64,000 bases of DNA from an uncultured Methanosarcinales archaeon (GTDB taxonomy: Archaea > Nanobdellota > Nanobdellia > Woesearchaeales > UBA583): contig CAYGPK010000002.1 of the NCBI GenBank assembly GCA_964351975.1, forward strand, positions 88,772-152,771, given 5' to 3'. Below, one piece after another: positions 1 to 9,297 of this stretch. Under the pieces are notes generated by a model that saw only the letters and a list, made by a program, of their open reading frames with translations, had not been told where the DNA came from and did not search any database. A program made the position numbers and the translations under genes. Position 1 is the first letter of the stretch. Each line of letters opens with the position of its first letter.

Positions 1-1
1 T

Positions 2-2275
2 ACATTTGTAGTTCCTAAATTACTAGGATTGTACAATCTAACATATACAGCAGTTGATTCCTCAGATAATATCAACAGCTCAATTGTAACTTTCTTTAAT
101 GCAATTGATAATACAAATCCAAATGTAACATCATTAATTCCTGTTAATGGAACAACATTCAATGTTTCAGATAGTATTGAAATAAGTTCAACTGTGTTTG
201 ATGATTTATTAGTTGATAGTGTTCTTGTAAATATTTCATATCCAAATGGAACTATTAATTTATTTACATTAGTAAATCAAACTGGAAATAAATACAATAC
301 TAGTTTTGTAATTCCAAATATTATTGGAAGATATAACATTACAATTATAGCAAATGATTCAACAAATAATACTAATAATAGTCAAACTACATACTTTAAT
401 GCAATTGATTTAGTAAGTCCTGTTATGACTTCATTTAGCCCAATATCAAATACTTCAATTAGAGCAAATAGTGTTTTTAATTTAACATTAAATATATCTG
501 ATAACGTTGAACTATCAAATGTATTTGCAACAATTTTCTATCCAAATTCAACTAGGATTAATTTAACACTAAATAATAATATAGGAAACAACTTTACTAA
601 TTCATTTAGTGTAAATAATCTAACAGGAAGATACAATGTAACATTTACTTCTAATGATACAAGTAATAATGTTTTAACAAATGATACTTTTTTTATGGTA
701 ACATTACCAAACATTTTATCAAGTAGTATTAGTAAGAGTGCTGTAGCAAATAGTAGTACAAACTCCTTTTTCATCTCAGCTGAGAACTTTGATGAGCTTT
801 ATGCAAATGTAACATTACCTGATTTAAATGTAACACAAATAAGTTTAACAAATGGAGTTGATACAACATTTAGTAATGTTTCTCAAATAGGAAATTACAG
901 TGTTTTACTTGTTGCAAAAGATTCATCAAATAATATTGCAACAAAATCACATACCTTTGAAGTATTTAACACCGTAACATTTACATCAAATGTTACAGGA
1001 TTCAATGGAACAGTTCTTAATGGAACATTTCAAATTATCTTCAATAACTCAGTTTTACAAAATGGAAGTTTATCCTCAGGAAATTTAAGTCAAACTACAA
1101 TTAGTACTCCTGTTACTTTGTTATACAAATTATTTAATAATAAAATAAGTATTAAATTTAATAACATAAATTTAACTCAAAATACAGGTAAATATTTTTA
1201 CTCTGATAACTATGATAATAAAAATGGATTCTTAACTGTATTAGGAGTTAATACTACATATAATTTCACAAATGCGACAGTTACTCTAACTTACAATGAT
1301 AGTGGTGTTACAACTGAAACTAATTTAAAATTGTTTTATTGTAGCAGTTATAATTTTGAAGCAAGAAATTGTACTTCATCATTTGTAGATATAACAAGTA
1401 GTGGAACTCTTGATACAACAAGTAATACATATACATTTACAGCAACAGGATTTTCAGCATATGCAGTTAAAGAAGTAACACCAACACCAACACCTTCAGG
1501 TGGTGGAGGTGGAGGTTCTTCAAGTAGTAGATCAACAACAACTACAATAAGTCCAAGTACTCAAGAACCAACAATTGCAACTAATGAAACTTGTACTTAT
1601 AATTGGGTATGTAGTGAGTGGTCTAATATTTGTCCAGTATCTGGAATTCAAACTAGAACTTGTAGCAATATAGGAACATGTTCAGGAAATGATGAGAAAC
1701 CTTCTCAAGAGAGAACTTGTAGTACTTACTTAGGAAAAGAAATCTCAATGATTAAACAAGCATTTCATAAAATTGGAACTGGAGTTGACGACATTTCAAT
1801 TGAACTTGATATTTCAGAGATTGTATCTGAAAATAATTTAAGTATTAATGATACTATAACTGCAATTTATCAATTAGTTGATTCAAATAAAGAAATTGCT
1901 CTTGAAGAAATAGCAAACGAAATTGTAAATGAAAATAATACAATTAATAGAAATATTAATACTAGAAATTTAAATGAAGGAAACTATGAATTTAAAATTA
2001 CATTAATTGCAAACGATAATAGATATCTTGATTTCAAACAAGTAATTGTAGATAATAAAGAATTGTATGTTGAACCTCAAAACGAAAGTATCAGCTCTCT
2101 TTCTGGTAACTTTTTACAAGATAGAAAATTATCAGTTATTGGATTAATTGTAGGAGTATTATTAATTGCAGTTGTGATTGTAAGTGTTAAATCATTTAGT
2201 ATTGAAAGTGGAAGATTAGTTAAGAGAAAAACTGAGAAACCAAAAGCTAAAAGAAATAAAATTAAGAAGATTTAA
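2..2275 (+). CDS. Large cell-surface protein, 5' end cut by the window edge; tandem Ig-like repeats, PT/G/S linker, Cys-rich TSP1-like motif, C-terminal TM anchor
   Basis: The frame is open from nt 2, and the ORF-track start at 29 is a TTG, so the true N-terminus lies upstream. Repeated ~95-aa units end in GRYN(I/V)T..(A/S)NDS(T/S)NN. N-x-S/T sequons are very frequent. Linker PTPTPSGGGGGGSSSS. Motif CTYNWVCSEWSNICPVSGIQTRTC. C-terminal VIGLIVGVLLIAVVIVSV followed by a K/R-rich tail. Confidence 0.8.
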   Translation, partial: TFVVPKLLGLYNLTYTAVDSSDNINSSIVTFFNAIDNTNPNVTSLIPVNGTTFNVSDSIEISSTVFDDLLVDSVLVNISYPNGTINLFTLVNQTGNKYNTSFVIPNIIGRYNITIIANDSTNNTNNSQTTYFNAIDLVSPVMTSFSPISNTSIRANSVFNLTLNISDNVELSNVFATIFYPNSTRINLTLNNNIGNNFTNSFSVNNLTGRYNVTFTSNDTSNNVLTNDTFFMVTLPNILSSSISKSAVANSSTNSFFISAENFDELYANVTLPDLNVTQISLTNGVDTTFSNVSQIGNYSVLLVAKDSSNNIATKSHTFEVFNTVTFTSNVTGFNGTVLNGTFQIIFNNSVLQNGSLSSGNLSQTTISTPVTLLYKLFNNKISIKFNNINLTQNTGKYFYSDNYDNKNGFLTVLGVNTTYNFTNATVTLTYNDSGVTTETNLKLFYCSSYNFEARNCTSSFVDITSSGTLDTTSNTYTFTATGFSAYAVKEVTPTPTPSGGGGGGSSSSRSTTTTISPSTQEPTIATNETCTYNWVCSEWSNICPVSGIQTRTCSNIGTCSGNDEKPSQERTCSTYLGKEISMIKQAFHKIGTGVDDISIELDISEIVSENNLSINDTITAIYQLVDSNKEIALEEIANEIVNENNTINRNINTRNLNEGNYEFKITLIANDNRYLDFKQVIVDNKELYVEPQNESISSLSGNFLQDRKLSVIGLIVGVLLIAVVIVSVKSFSIESGRLVKRKTEKPKAKRNKIKKI

Positions 2276-5200
2276 TTCAAATAATTCATACAACTTATAA
2301 TATTCATAATTACAGATTCACCTTCAAATATTACTGGTTGTTCATAAGTTATTATTTCATCACAATCACTATTTAAAAAGTTAATATTCTCATTTACAAA
2401 TTTAGTTTTTCTAAATGGACCTGCAGGACATTGAATATCATGGGAAACATTGTATTTAACATAACTTCCATCAATTAAAAAGTCACATAAAAGAGCAACA
2501 GCTTCTCCTCTCTGATCACCTACCTCTCCTTCACTTGCATAATATTCACAACCATTTAGATTTCTACACTCTTTAAGAAATCTATTTGGAGATGGTTTTG
2601 CAGTACAATCAGCTTGACAAGCACTTCCTTTATCTAAAAGTTTTAATGGTTCAGATTTAATAGCCTCAATATTATCATCCAAATCACTTGCACTAAATCT
2701 TAGATATTTAACACATCCCCAATCATAATCGCAACTGATTGTTAATGGAACTACTTGATCTGTAGTTGTTGTTCCAGAATTTGGATTACAAGTATCCTCA
2801 GTATCAATACAATATGATAACTCTTTAAATCCAACTCCACCTATATTATCATCTGAGTTTAAAGTCACTTTCATTGTATGCGCAATATAAGGGATATCTA
2901 CAGTTGTTGTTGGTGGAGTTAAGTCAACACCAAGGTGAACCCATATTCTCTTGTCTGTGTAACCACAATCTCCAAATAAAGATGAATTCTCTTCGTTAAT
3001 TGAACCTATACAAGAATAATTTCCTGTTGGATTGTTCTGTGAAATTCTAACATCCCAATAAATATCATTACGAGCGACAGAGATGAAAGATGGGAGAGGG
3101 GCGTTTTTCAAAAATGATAAATTTCCTACATTTGTATAATTGAATAAATTTATTGAATTACTCAATGCATTACTCGCACTCAAATCTTCAGTAATGTGTG
3201 CTATACACACTTTATATAATCTATCGCTAGTATCAGGATTATAAACTACCGTATCTTCTAGATCATCAATCTCTAAAATTTGAGCTTCTCCAGAATTACA
3301 ATCTGTTTGCCTATAATTTATAATTAATTCTCCTTCATTGTATAAAATAGGTTCTTGAGTAATAATAATATCACCACCTTCTGATTCTCCTTCTACTTCA
3401 TACTCAATTTCTTCACTTGAATCAGATTCGTTAAAATACCAACCGATAATTGGATCTTTATCAATAATAATTCTCTGACCACCACCATCAGAGAGAATGG
3501 TGATATCAGAAAGGTGAGGTGCGATATCTTTTGAGATAACTTGATAAATTGTAATGTTTTGTCTTTGTGCTTGTGGAATATCCTGCAGAGATAACTTAAC
3601 ATTAGTTTTATCGTTTAAATTGTCATAAGTTAAATTCTTAACAATATCAAATTTAGTCATAAGTCTTACTGTATCGTTAATAAATTTCTCTGCTTCATCT
3701 TTGTTCTTAATATGTTTAATTTTATGTCCAACAAGAGCAACTTTAACTGGGTCAACTTTCTCAGTTCTATCTAAAATTCCATCTTTGTAAATATAAATTT
3801 TCTTTTCTTCTTCTGTAACCTCAGATACTGTCAAATTAAATTGGTTTCCTGTTGAATCTTTAAATACTAAATTCTCAGAATTTAAATCTCCATATATTAA
3901 ATTATTAATTTGATTATCATCATATCTAAAATTACCATTGATATCTTGAATTAAAGTATTATCATAATTTTTAACAGTTCCAAAAACTCCACTATTTTCT
4001 GTATCAGTAATTTTTAAATTACCCCAATTAAAAACTGCAATACCCGGTCTTCCACCTAAAGTCAAACCAAAATTTGTATTAGAGCCATATTCACCTAAAT
4101 TTCCACCACTTCCTCCAACTCCTGCAAATGCTGCCTCTCCTCCCCTACAATCAAACTTTCCAGATTGACCACCATAATTCAAAGTTCCTGATTGTCCCCT
4201 ATAACAAGTTGCTTCATTACTTAAGCTACCTCCTAAACCACCTTGATAACCTGCACCCCCACCTCCCCCAGTTCCAGGATCATGATAACACTCAAAACAA
4301 ACAGCACCAGAACCTCCAGCTCCACCTCCTCCACCTGAACCAATTAAACCATAATTTTCAATTTCTAAAGAATTAACTTCACTAATTATAGCATCACCAC
4401 CATTTTGACCATTTGAACCTAAACTCACAAAAGTTCGTGAACCGCCACCTCCATTTCCACCATCTCCTCCTTTTCCAACAATACTTCCATAGTTAAAAAT
4501 TTTAATTTTTGCTTTATTTGCAAATCCATCAATATTTAAAGCTGGAACATCTGTTGATGTTGAGCCTATAATTACATTTGGAGCAATATAGATTCTATAA
4601 CTAGTTTTAGTTGTTGAAACTCCTTTTGATATTAATTCATTTTTTAAATTAATATTATTCTGACTTGAAGTAATTGCTAAATCATAAGTTGATAAACTTG
4701 AAGCAGTTGGAACTGTTATTGTTTGACTTGCTGAATTTACCTGAAACTCACTATTTTGTGATAAGTATCCATTTTGATTAAAATCACATTTTCCATCAAT
4801 TGGTACTGTATAAACTTTAACTTCGTAATTTCCACAAGAATTAGCATCCCCATCCAGACAAGCACTATTTTTATTATCTATAAAATTTTGAAGACCTGTA
4901 AAAGTAAATTGATTTGTATTAGGTTTTAATAAAACATAAGGAACTTTAAAATTTGTTGAGAATTTATTAAAAGCATTTGAATAAGATGAACCTAATAAAA
5001 ATATTTGATTAATAGTTGAACCCTGAGCTGTGTTATATTGATTTGAATTATATGTATAATAATCATAAGTATTATCTGGCAAGTATGAATTTATTATAGT
5101 TCCATCTTTATATACTTCTGCGAAAACAAATGTCTTCATATAGTAATAGTCATTAAGAAGTTCCTCTGGAACAGCGTAAGTTTGAGCTGATGTAATTTTA

Positions 5201-5724
5201 GTAATTGGATTAAGTGAAGAAGTAATTTGATAAGTATTTGTACTAGTAGGAGTAATTGAATTTATTTGACAAATATTACCTTGAAGGTCCTTATTGTTCC
5301 ATTGTGAAGCAGGAATAGAAACTGCTAAAGCACCATTTACATTAATTCTAAAAGGGTCTCTAATATTTTGTAAAGTGGTTGGAGTCATATATTTAATGTT
5401 CCAAGACTCTGGTTGTACTGTTTTTGAACCACTTCCCCAAGCATCATCATGAGAAGATATAGTTCTAAAATCTCCAATATAAATTATATTATTTTTCCAT
5501 CTACTAAAAGTATCTTGAAAGTTATATGTAAAACTAATTAAATTAGAATAATCAGGATAAATTTTAGAACCTAATGACATACAATCATTATTGTTTATAG
5601 GGTCACAATAATAACCAGAACCACCAAAATTTTTACCGTCTATTGAAGAATAGGTTATAGTATAAGCAGAAACAAAACTAATACTAAAAATAAAAATAAA
5701 AAAAAGCTGTAAAATTTTATACAT
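2272..5724 (-). CDS. Secreted giant protein (1150 aa) with a central glycine-rich block and a Cys-rich C-terminal region
   Basis: Signal-like N-terminus MYKILQLFFIFIFSISFVSA. G-rich block (GKGGDGGNGGGGS, GSGGGGGAGGSGA, GTGGGGGAGYQGGLGG) punctuated by FNYG / ENYG / FNWG motifs. DLTPPTTT Ig-like module. Many Cys in the last ~250 aa. No C-terminal TM segment. Confidence 0.8.
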   Translation of the reverse strand: MYKILQLFFIFIFSISFVSAYTITYSSIDGKNFGGSGYYCDPINNNDCMSLGSKIYPDYSNLISFTYNFQDTFSRWKNNIIYIGDFRTISSHDDAWGSGSKTVQPESWNIKYMTPTTLQNIRDPFRINVNGALAVSIPASQWNNKDLQGNICQINSITPTSTNTYQITSSLNPITKITSAQTYAVPEELLNDYYYMKTFVFAEVYKDGTIINSYLPDNTYDYYTYNSNQYNTAQGSTINQIFLLGSSYSNAFNKFSTNFKVPYVLLKPNTNQFTFTGLQNFIDNKNSACLDGDANSCGNYEVKVYTVPIDGKCDFNQNGYLSQNSEFQVNSASQTITVPTASSLSTYDLAITSSQNNINLKNELISKGVSTTKTSYRIYIAPNVIIGSTSTDVPALNIDGFANKAKIKIFNYGSIVGKGGDGGNGGGGSRTFVSLGSNGQNGGDAIISEVNSLEIENYGLIGSGGGGGAGGSGAVCFECYHDPGTGGGGGAGYQGGLGGSLSNEATCYRGQSGTLNYGGQSGKFDCRGGEAAFAGVGGSGGNLGEYGSNTNFGLTLGGRPGIAVFNWGNLKITDTENSGVFGTVKNYDNTLIQDINGNFRYDDNQINNLIYGDLNSENLVFKDSTGNQFNLTVSEVTEEEKKIYIYKDGILDRTEKVDPVKVALVGHKIKHIKNKDEAEKFINDTVRLMTKFDIVKNLTYDNLNDKTNVKLSLQDIPQAQRQNITIYQVISKDIAPHLSDITILSDGGGQRIIIDKDPIIGWYFNESDSSEEIEYEVEGESEGGDIIITQEPILYNEGELIINYRQTDCNSGEAQILEIDDLEDTVVYNPDTSDRLYKVCIAHITEDLSASNALSNSINLFNYTNVGNLSFLKNAPLPSFISVARNDIYWDVRISQNNPTGNYSCIGSINEENSSLFGDCGYTDKRIWVHLGVDLTPPTTTVDIPYIAHTMKVTLNSDDNIGGVGFKELSYCIDTEDTCNPNSGTTTTDQVVPLTISCDYDWGCVKYLRFSASDLDDNIEAIKSEPLKLLDKGSACQADCTAKPSPNRFLKECRNLNGCEYYASEGEVGDQRGEAVALLCDFLIDGSYVKYNVSHDIQCPAGPFRKTKFVNENINFLNSDCDEIITYEQPVIFEGESVIMNIISCMNYLN

Positions 5725-5788
5725 ATATCAGGTATAATTTTAATTTTTAAAAAAGATTGTTACTATTCATAAAGAAAAGATTAAAAAA

Positions 5789-6391
5789 TTATAATCCTGA
5801 ACCACCTGCGCCTGCACCACTACCGCCAGCTGAACCACTACCACTAGCTGAGCCTCCACCATCTCCACCGTCTCCACCGTCTCCACCAGATTCTTTACCA
5901 ATTTCATTTAAACCTAATGAGTTAAGTAAATCTGGATCTACTTTAAATTTAGTACTAAACCCAACATCATCTTTAATACCAATAAAATATCCATCATCAA
6001 ATTTATCTAATGCTTTAAGACCTTCCATTGTCATTAAATTATAATCTCTACCACCAACTGAAAATACAATAGATTCAGGAATACCACCAACAGATGATGC
6101 AGTTCTTGAAACAAGCCAAGCAAGTTCTTTCTCTAAACCTCTTAATTTTCCATCTCCATCTAAATCTACTATTTTCTTTAAATTAGCAGGAGTATGATAT
6201 AATTGAATATCCTTATTTGGAAGTGTAATACTTGCAGCCCATTCTGACTCAATTCCACCTAATGAAACAACCTTATCTTCTCTAGTAATTGTTATAGTTC
6301 CATATTCACTAGCTTTTGCAGAATTTGGTGCTAAAGCATATACCAAAGCACCACCTATACCTTTTAATAACTTTCTTCTTGTATTATCCAT
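5789..6391 (-). CDS. Secreted protein with a twin-arginine-type signal peptide and a G/D/S-rich C-terminal tail
   Basis: N-terminus MDNTRRKLLKGIGGALVYALAPNSAKA fits the (S/T)RRxFLK pattern plus h-region plus AxA. Tail is GGDGGDGGDGGGSASGSGSAGGSGAGAGGSGL. TTTATAAA lies 21 nt upstream of the ATG. Confidence 0.7.
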   Translation of the reverse strand: MDNTRRKLLKGIGGALVYALAPNSAKASEYGTITITREDKVVSLGGIESEWAASITLPNKDIQLYHTPANLKKIVDLDGDGKLRGLEKELAWLVSRTASSVGGIPESIVFSVGGRDYNLMTMEGLKALDKFDDGYFIGIKDDVGFSTKFKVDPDLLNSLGLNEIGKESGGDGGDGGDGGGSASGSGSAGGSGAGAGGSGL

Positions 6392-6412
6392 ATTTATACA
6401 AAGATACCCAGA

Positions 6413-6420
6413 TTTATAAA
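6413..6420 (-). promoter_or_regulatory. TATA box (TTTATAAA) for 5789..6391
   Basis: Palindromic octamer with 21 nt between the box and the ATG at 6391. Same spacing as at many other genes in the window. Confidence 0.55.
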
Positions 6421-6463
6421 TCTTATGTTTTGTTTTTCACTTGGAGTAGTGACAAAAAATAAA

Positions 6464-6471
6464 TTTATAAA
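6464..6471 (+). promoter_or_regulatory. TATA box (TTTATAAA) for 6494..6769
   Basis: 22 nt between the box and the ATG at 6494. Confidence 0.5.
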
Positions 6472-6493
6472 CAATAAATGATTACTAAAATAC

Positions 6494-6769
6494 ATGATAA
6501 CACCAATCTCACGCTCTGTATCTCCATATTTAGGCAAATCTCAACCTATGCAAGATGATCAACCTATAGTAAAGATAAAAGAAGCTAGCTACAAACCAAT
6601 TTCTCCTCAACCAACTCCTACTCCAGATATAATCATAAATGGAATACTACTAGCACAACAACTAAAACCAACAGAAACAGACTCAAGAATGGCAAGTAAT
6701 GCTTATCAAAGAATGCAACAATTAGCTACAGATACCCTAAGGACAAGAGGAATTGAAAGTAGAATTTAA
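6494..6769 (+). CDS. Hypothetical small protein (91 aa), Q/P/T-rich, no recognised family
   Basis: It is the only long ORF in a 385-nt gap between two minus-strand genes. It has a canonical TATA at the leaderless spacing. Composition is less K/N/I-rich than its neighbours. Confidence 0.5.
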   Translation: MITPISRSVSPYLGKSQPMQDDQPIVKIKEASYKPISPQPTPTPDIIINGILLAQQLKPTETDSRMASNAYQRMQQLATDTLRTRGIESRI

Positions 6770-6776
6770 TTCTAAA

Positions 6777-8246
6777 CTACAACATTAAAAACCATACTAA
6801 AACGCCAATAAAAACTGTTCCAACTCCAAATCCAATCAAACTAAAAGAATTATTCTCTAAAAAATTACCTGAGATCTTATCAGAATACTTCTCATCAGGT
6901 CTTAAAACAACTTCAAAATCATTTAAAGACGCATCTGTTAAATTAGATTTCTCAACAACATCAAACACTTCTTTAACTAAAGTTTCATTTGAAGTATTAC
7001 CAACTAAATCACTTATATTAATAACATCTTCATACTCTAAAGATTCGTTAACTACAACATTAACAAAAGAACTACCACCACTAGAACCACTTGAAGAGCC
7101 ACTAGATTTACTACTAACTACAATCGTTTCATTAACTTCTTGTTTCACATATTGAACAATAGGAGGATAAACATACTCATTATTACTCTCATTTAATTCA
7201 TATATATTATCATAAGAATCAACAAATAAATAAATCTCACTTAAATTTGAAGATAAATTATAACTAAAATTAAGAGATTCATTAGATAATAAATAAGGGG
7301 CTACAAATCTCTCACTATGATTTAAATTAGAATCAAAGAAATTAACGTAAAAATAAGAAGAATCACTTAAACCTAAATTCAAAATACTAAAATTAAACTC
7401 ACCAGAAGTTTCATTATAACTAACATTTCTAAAAACTAAATCTACTAAATTAGAATTCTCAAAATCATAATAAGAATAATCTTCTATTTGCAAATCATAA
7501 ACCTTTGAATCTAAAATCATAGAATCATTTCTAATCATAACACTCTTCAAAAAGTAAGGTCCAGATTTTCTCAAAGTTAAAACATCTAAAGAAGATAAAT
7601 TAATATTAAACTTATTACTATCTATATCCAAATAATCCTGTTTTAATATAACTCTCTCACCTAGATAATTCATAAATAAAGACCTAATTTCATATTCACC
7701 AGCTAAATCTAAATTCAACTCAATCTCAAATAAAAAATAATCAATTAGAGAATTAGAATTTAAATCAATTGTCTCATAACTAATATCTAAAAGCAAAGAA
7801 TCCTCTTCAATCACATCCAATTCCTCAAATGTATAATTAGAGATTAAATCAAAGCCTAAAAAACTATAATTTCTATAAATTACATCATTATATCTCTCTA
7901 AAAACAATATTAACTCATATTCACCCGTTTCTAAATCCTTTAAAGATTCATTAACTAAAAAATACATATAACTGGTATTCAAATCTAAAACTATACTTTT
8001 GCTCTTAAAAGTTTTAGTATTCGTTGAAATAATCTTAAAGTCCAATAAATAATCATCTTGGAATCCGTGTAAACTAAAATTAAAAAACAAAGTTTCATTT
8101 GAGATAGAATAATTCTCTAAACTAATCTCAACGTCCCCTGAATCATAATTAAAATCATACGAATCAATTAATTCATCTAAACTAATAGAATATAAATTAA
8201 AGGCCATAAAGCTCAACAAAACAAATACAAATAAAATTTTCTTCAT
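6777..8246 (-). CDS. Secreted beta-rich surface protein with a CARDB-like motif, S/G linker and C-terminal TM anchor
   Basis: Start is moved to the internal MKKILFVFVLLSFMAFNLYS (signal peptide), because the ORF-track extension to 8303 lacks promoter spacing. ELNESNNEY motif, SSKSSGSSSGSSGGSS linker, C-terminal FSLIGFGVGTVFIGVLVWFLML. Confidence 0.7.
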   Translation of the reverse strand: MKKILFVFVLLSFMAFNLYSISLDELIDSYDFNYDSGDVEISLENYSISNETLFFNFSLHGFQDDYLLDFKIISTNTKTFKSKSIVLDLNTSYMYFLVNESLKDLETGEYELILFLERYNDVIYRNYSFLGFDLISNYTFEELDVIEEDSLLLDISYETIDLNSNSLIDYFLFEIELNLDLAGEYEIRSLFMNYLGERVILKQDYLDIDSNKFNINLSSLDVLTLRKSGPYFLKSVMIRNDSMILDSKVYDLQIEDYSYYDFENSNLVDLVFRNVSYNETSGEFNFSILNLGLSDSSYFYVNFFDSNLNHSERFVAPYLLSNESLNFSYNLSSNLSEIYLFVDSYDNIYELNESNNEYVYPPIVQYVKQEVNETIVVSSKSSGSSSGSSGGSSFVNVVVNESLEYEDVINISDLVGNTSNETLVKEVFDVVEKSNLTDASLNDFEVVLRPDEKYSDKISGNFLENNSFSLIGFGVGTVFIGVLVWFLML

Positions 8247-8349
8247 AAAAACCCTTATTGAAATTTCAATAAAAATATTTAGATAAGAAATTTCAAAAAA
8301 CAATTAAAGTAGGATAAACAAACCAATTTAAGAAATTAATAATGTAAAA

Positions 8350-8357
8350 TTTATAAA
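8350..8357 (+). promoter_or_regulatory. TATA box (TTTATAAA) for trhO
   Basis: 21 nt between the box and the ATG at 8379. Confidence 0.55.
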
Positions 8358-8378
8358 TATCAAATCATTATTTTACCT

Positions 8379-9278
8379 ATGGATAATATCACTTTTTACA
8401 AATTTGTAGAAATTAAAGATTTGAAAAAAACAAGAGAACTAATTCTAAATAAAGCAAAATCACTAAATCTAAAAGGTAAAATACTACTTGCACCTGAGGG
8501 AATTAATGGATATATGAGTGGTGAAGATAATGAAATTAAAGAATTTGAAACTTTTATGCAATCACAAGTAGAATTTAAAGATATATGGTTTAAACACAAT
8601 TATACTGAAAAATTCAACTCAAAAAGAATGCTTGTTAAAATTAGAAAAGAAATAATTACCATGAAAAAGGATTATGACTATTCTAAAACCGGTAAATATC
8701 TTTCCCCAAAAGAACTTGATGAACTATACCAAAATAACGATGATTTTGTAATTTTTGATACTAGAAACGAATATGAATATGAAATGGGACATTTCAAAAA
8801 TGCAATTAAATTAGATACTAAAGAATTTACAGAATTTCCAAAAGAAATTGAAAAATACAAAGATATTGTTAAAGATAAAAAGGCAATCTTCTATTGTACT
8901 GGAGGTGTTAGATGTGAAAAAGCAACTGCTTGGGTTAAAGAAAACGGATTTGACGATGTTTACCAACTTGATGGTGGAGTTGTAAACTACGGAATTGAGA
9001 GAGGACAAGGAAACTGGGAAGGTAGACTATTTGTATTTGATGATCGTGGAGCAATTAAAATTGATCCAAAAGAACAAGAAAACGACAAATACATTCAATG
9101 TAGTATCTGTTTTGTACCAAATGAAGATAAACATATCTGTCTCTACTGTAATAACGAGTATATAATGTGTTCAAGGTGTGTTCCACTAATTGAGAATACT
9201 TGTTCAAAATTTTGTAGAAACAAAATGAGAGACATTAAAGAAAAAGAACTTGAAAAAGTTATTGAGATTAAAGTTTAA
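8379..9278 (+). CDS. trhO: Rhodanese-domain tRNA uridine(34) hydroxylase TrhO (UPF0176/YceA family)
   Basis: LLAPEGINGYMSG and FYCTGGVRCEKATAWVKENGFDDVYQLDGGVVNYG match the family signature around the active-site Cys. Cys-rich C-terminal tail. Confidence 0.8.
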   Translation: MDNITFYKFVEIKDLKKTRELILNKAKSLNLKGKILLAPEGINGYMSGEDNEIKEFETFMQSQVEFKDIWFKHNYTEKFNSKRMLVKIRKEIITMKKDYDYSKTGKYLSPKELDELYQNNDDFVIFDTRNEYEYEMGHFKNAIKLDTKEFTEFPKEIEKYKDIVKDKKAIFYCTGGVRCEKATAWVKENGFDDVYQLDGGVVNYGIERGQGNWEGRLFVFDDRGAIKIDPKEQENDKYIQCSICFVPNEDKHICLYCNNEYIMCSRCVPLIENTCSKFCRNKMRDIKEKELEKVIEIKV

Positions 9279-9297
9279 TATTTATTTCAAAAAAAAG

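Noticed and set aside
538-774. Antisense or alternate-frame ORFs inside long genes. Examples: 538..774, 3393..3602, 4128..4376, 8396..9008 set, 11078..11424, 15221..15442, 19485..19715, 22855..23568, 25410..25679, 40154..40701, 41605..42450, 48807..49004, 53583..53900, 62257..62535.
   Set aside because: Each lies wholly within a longer ORF that has clear family motifs or coherent secreted-protein architecture. Their products are low-complexity mirror images (for example the Pro/His-rich shadow of the Gly-rich block). None has promoter spacing.
2272-2275. Convergent genes sharing a TTAA, so that the two stop codons overlap.
   Set aside because: This is real but trivial, a consequence of genome compaction. 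No regulatory meaning can be inferred.
5757-6044. Pro-rich ORF (PPAPAPLPPAEPLPLAEPPPSPPSPPSPP) on the plus strand.
   Set aside because: It is the reverse-complement shadow of the GGD/GSG-rich C-terminal tail of 5789..6391, which has a Tat-type signal and a TATA box at the proper spacing.
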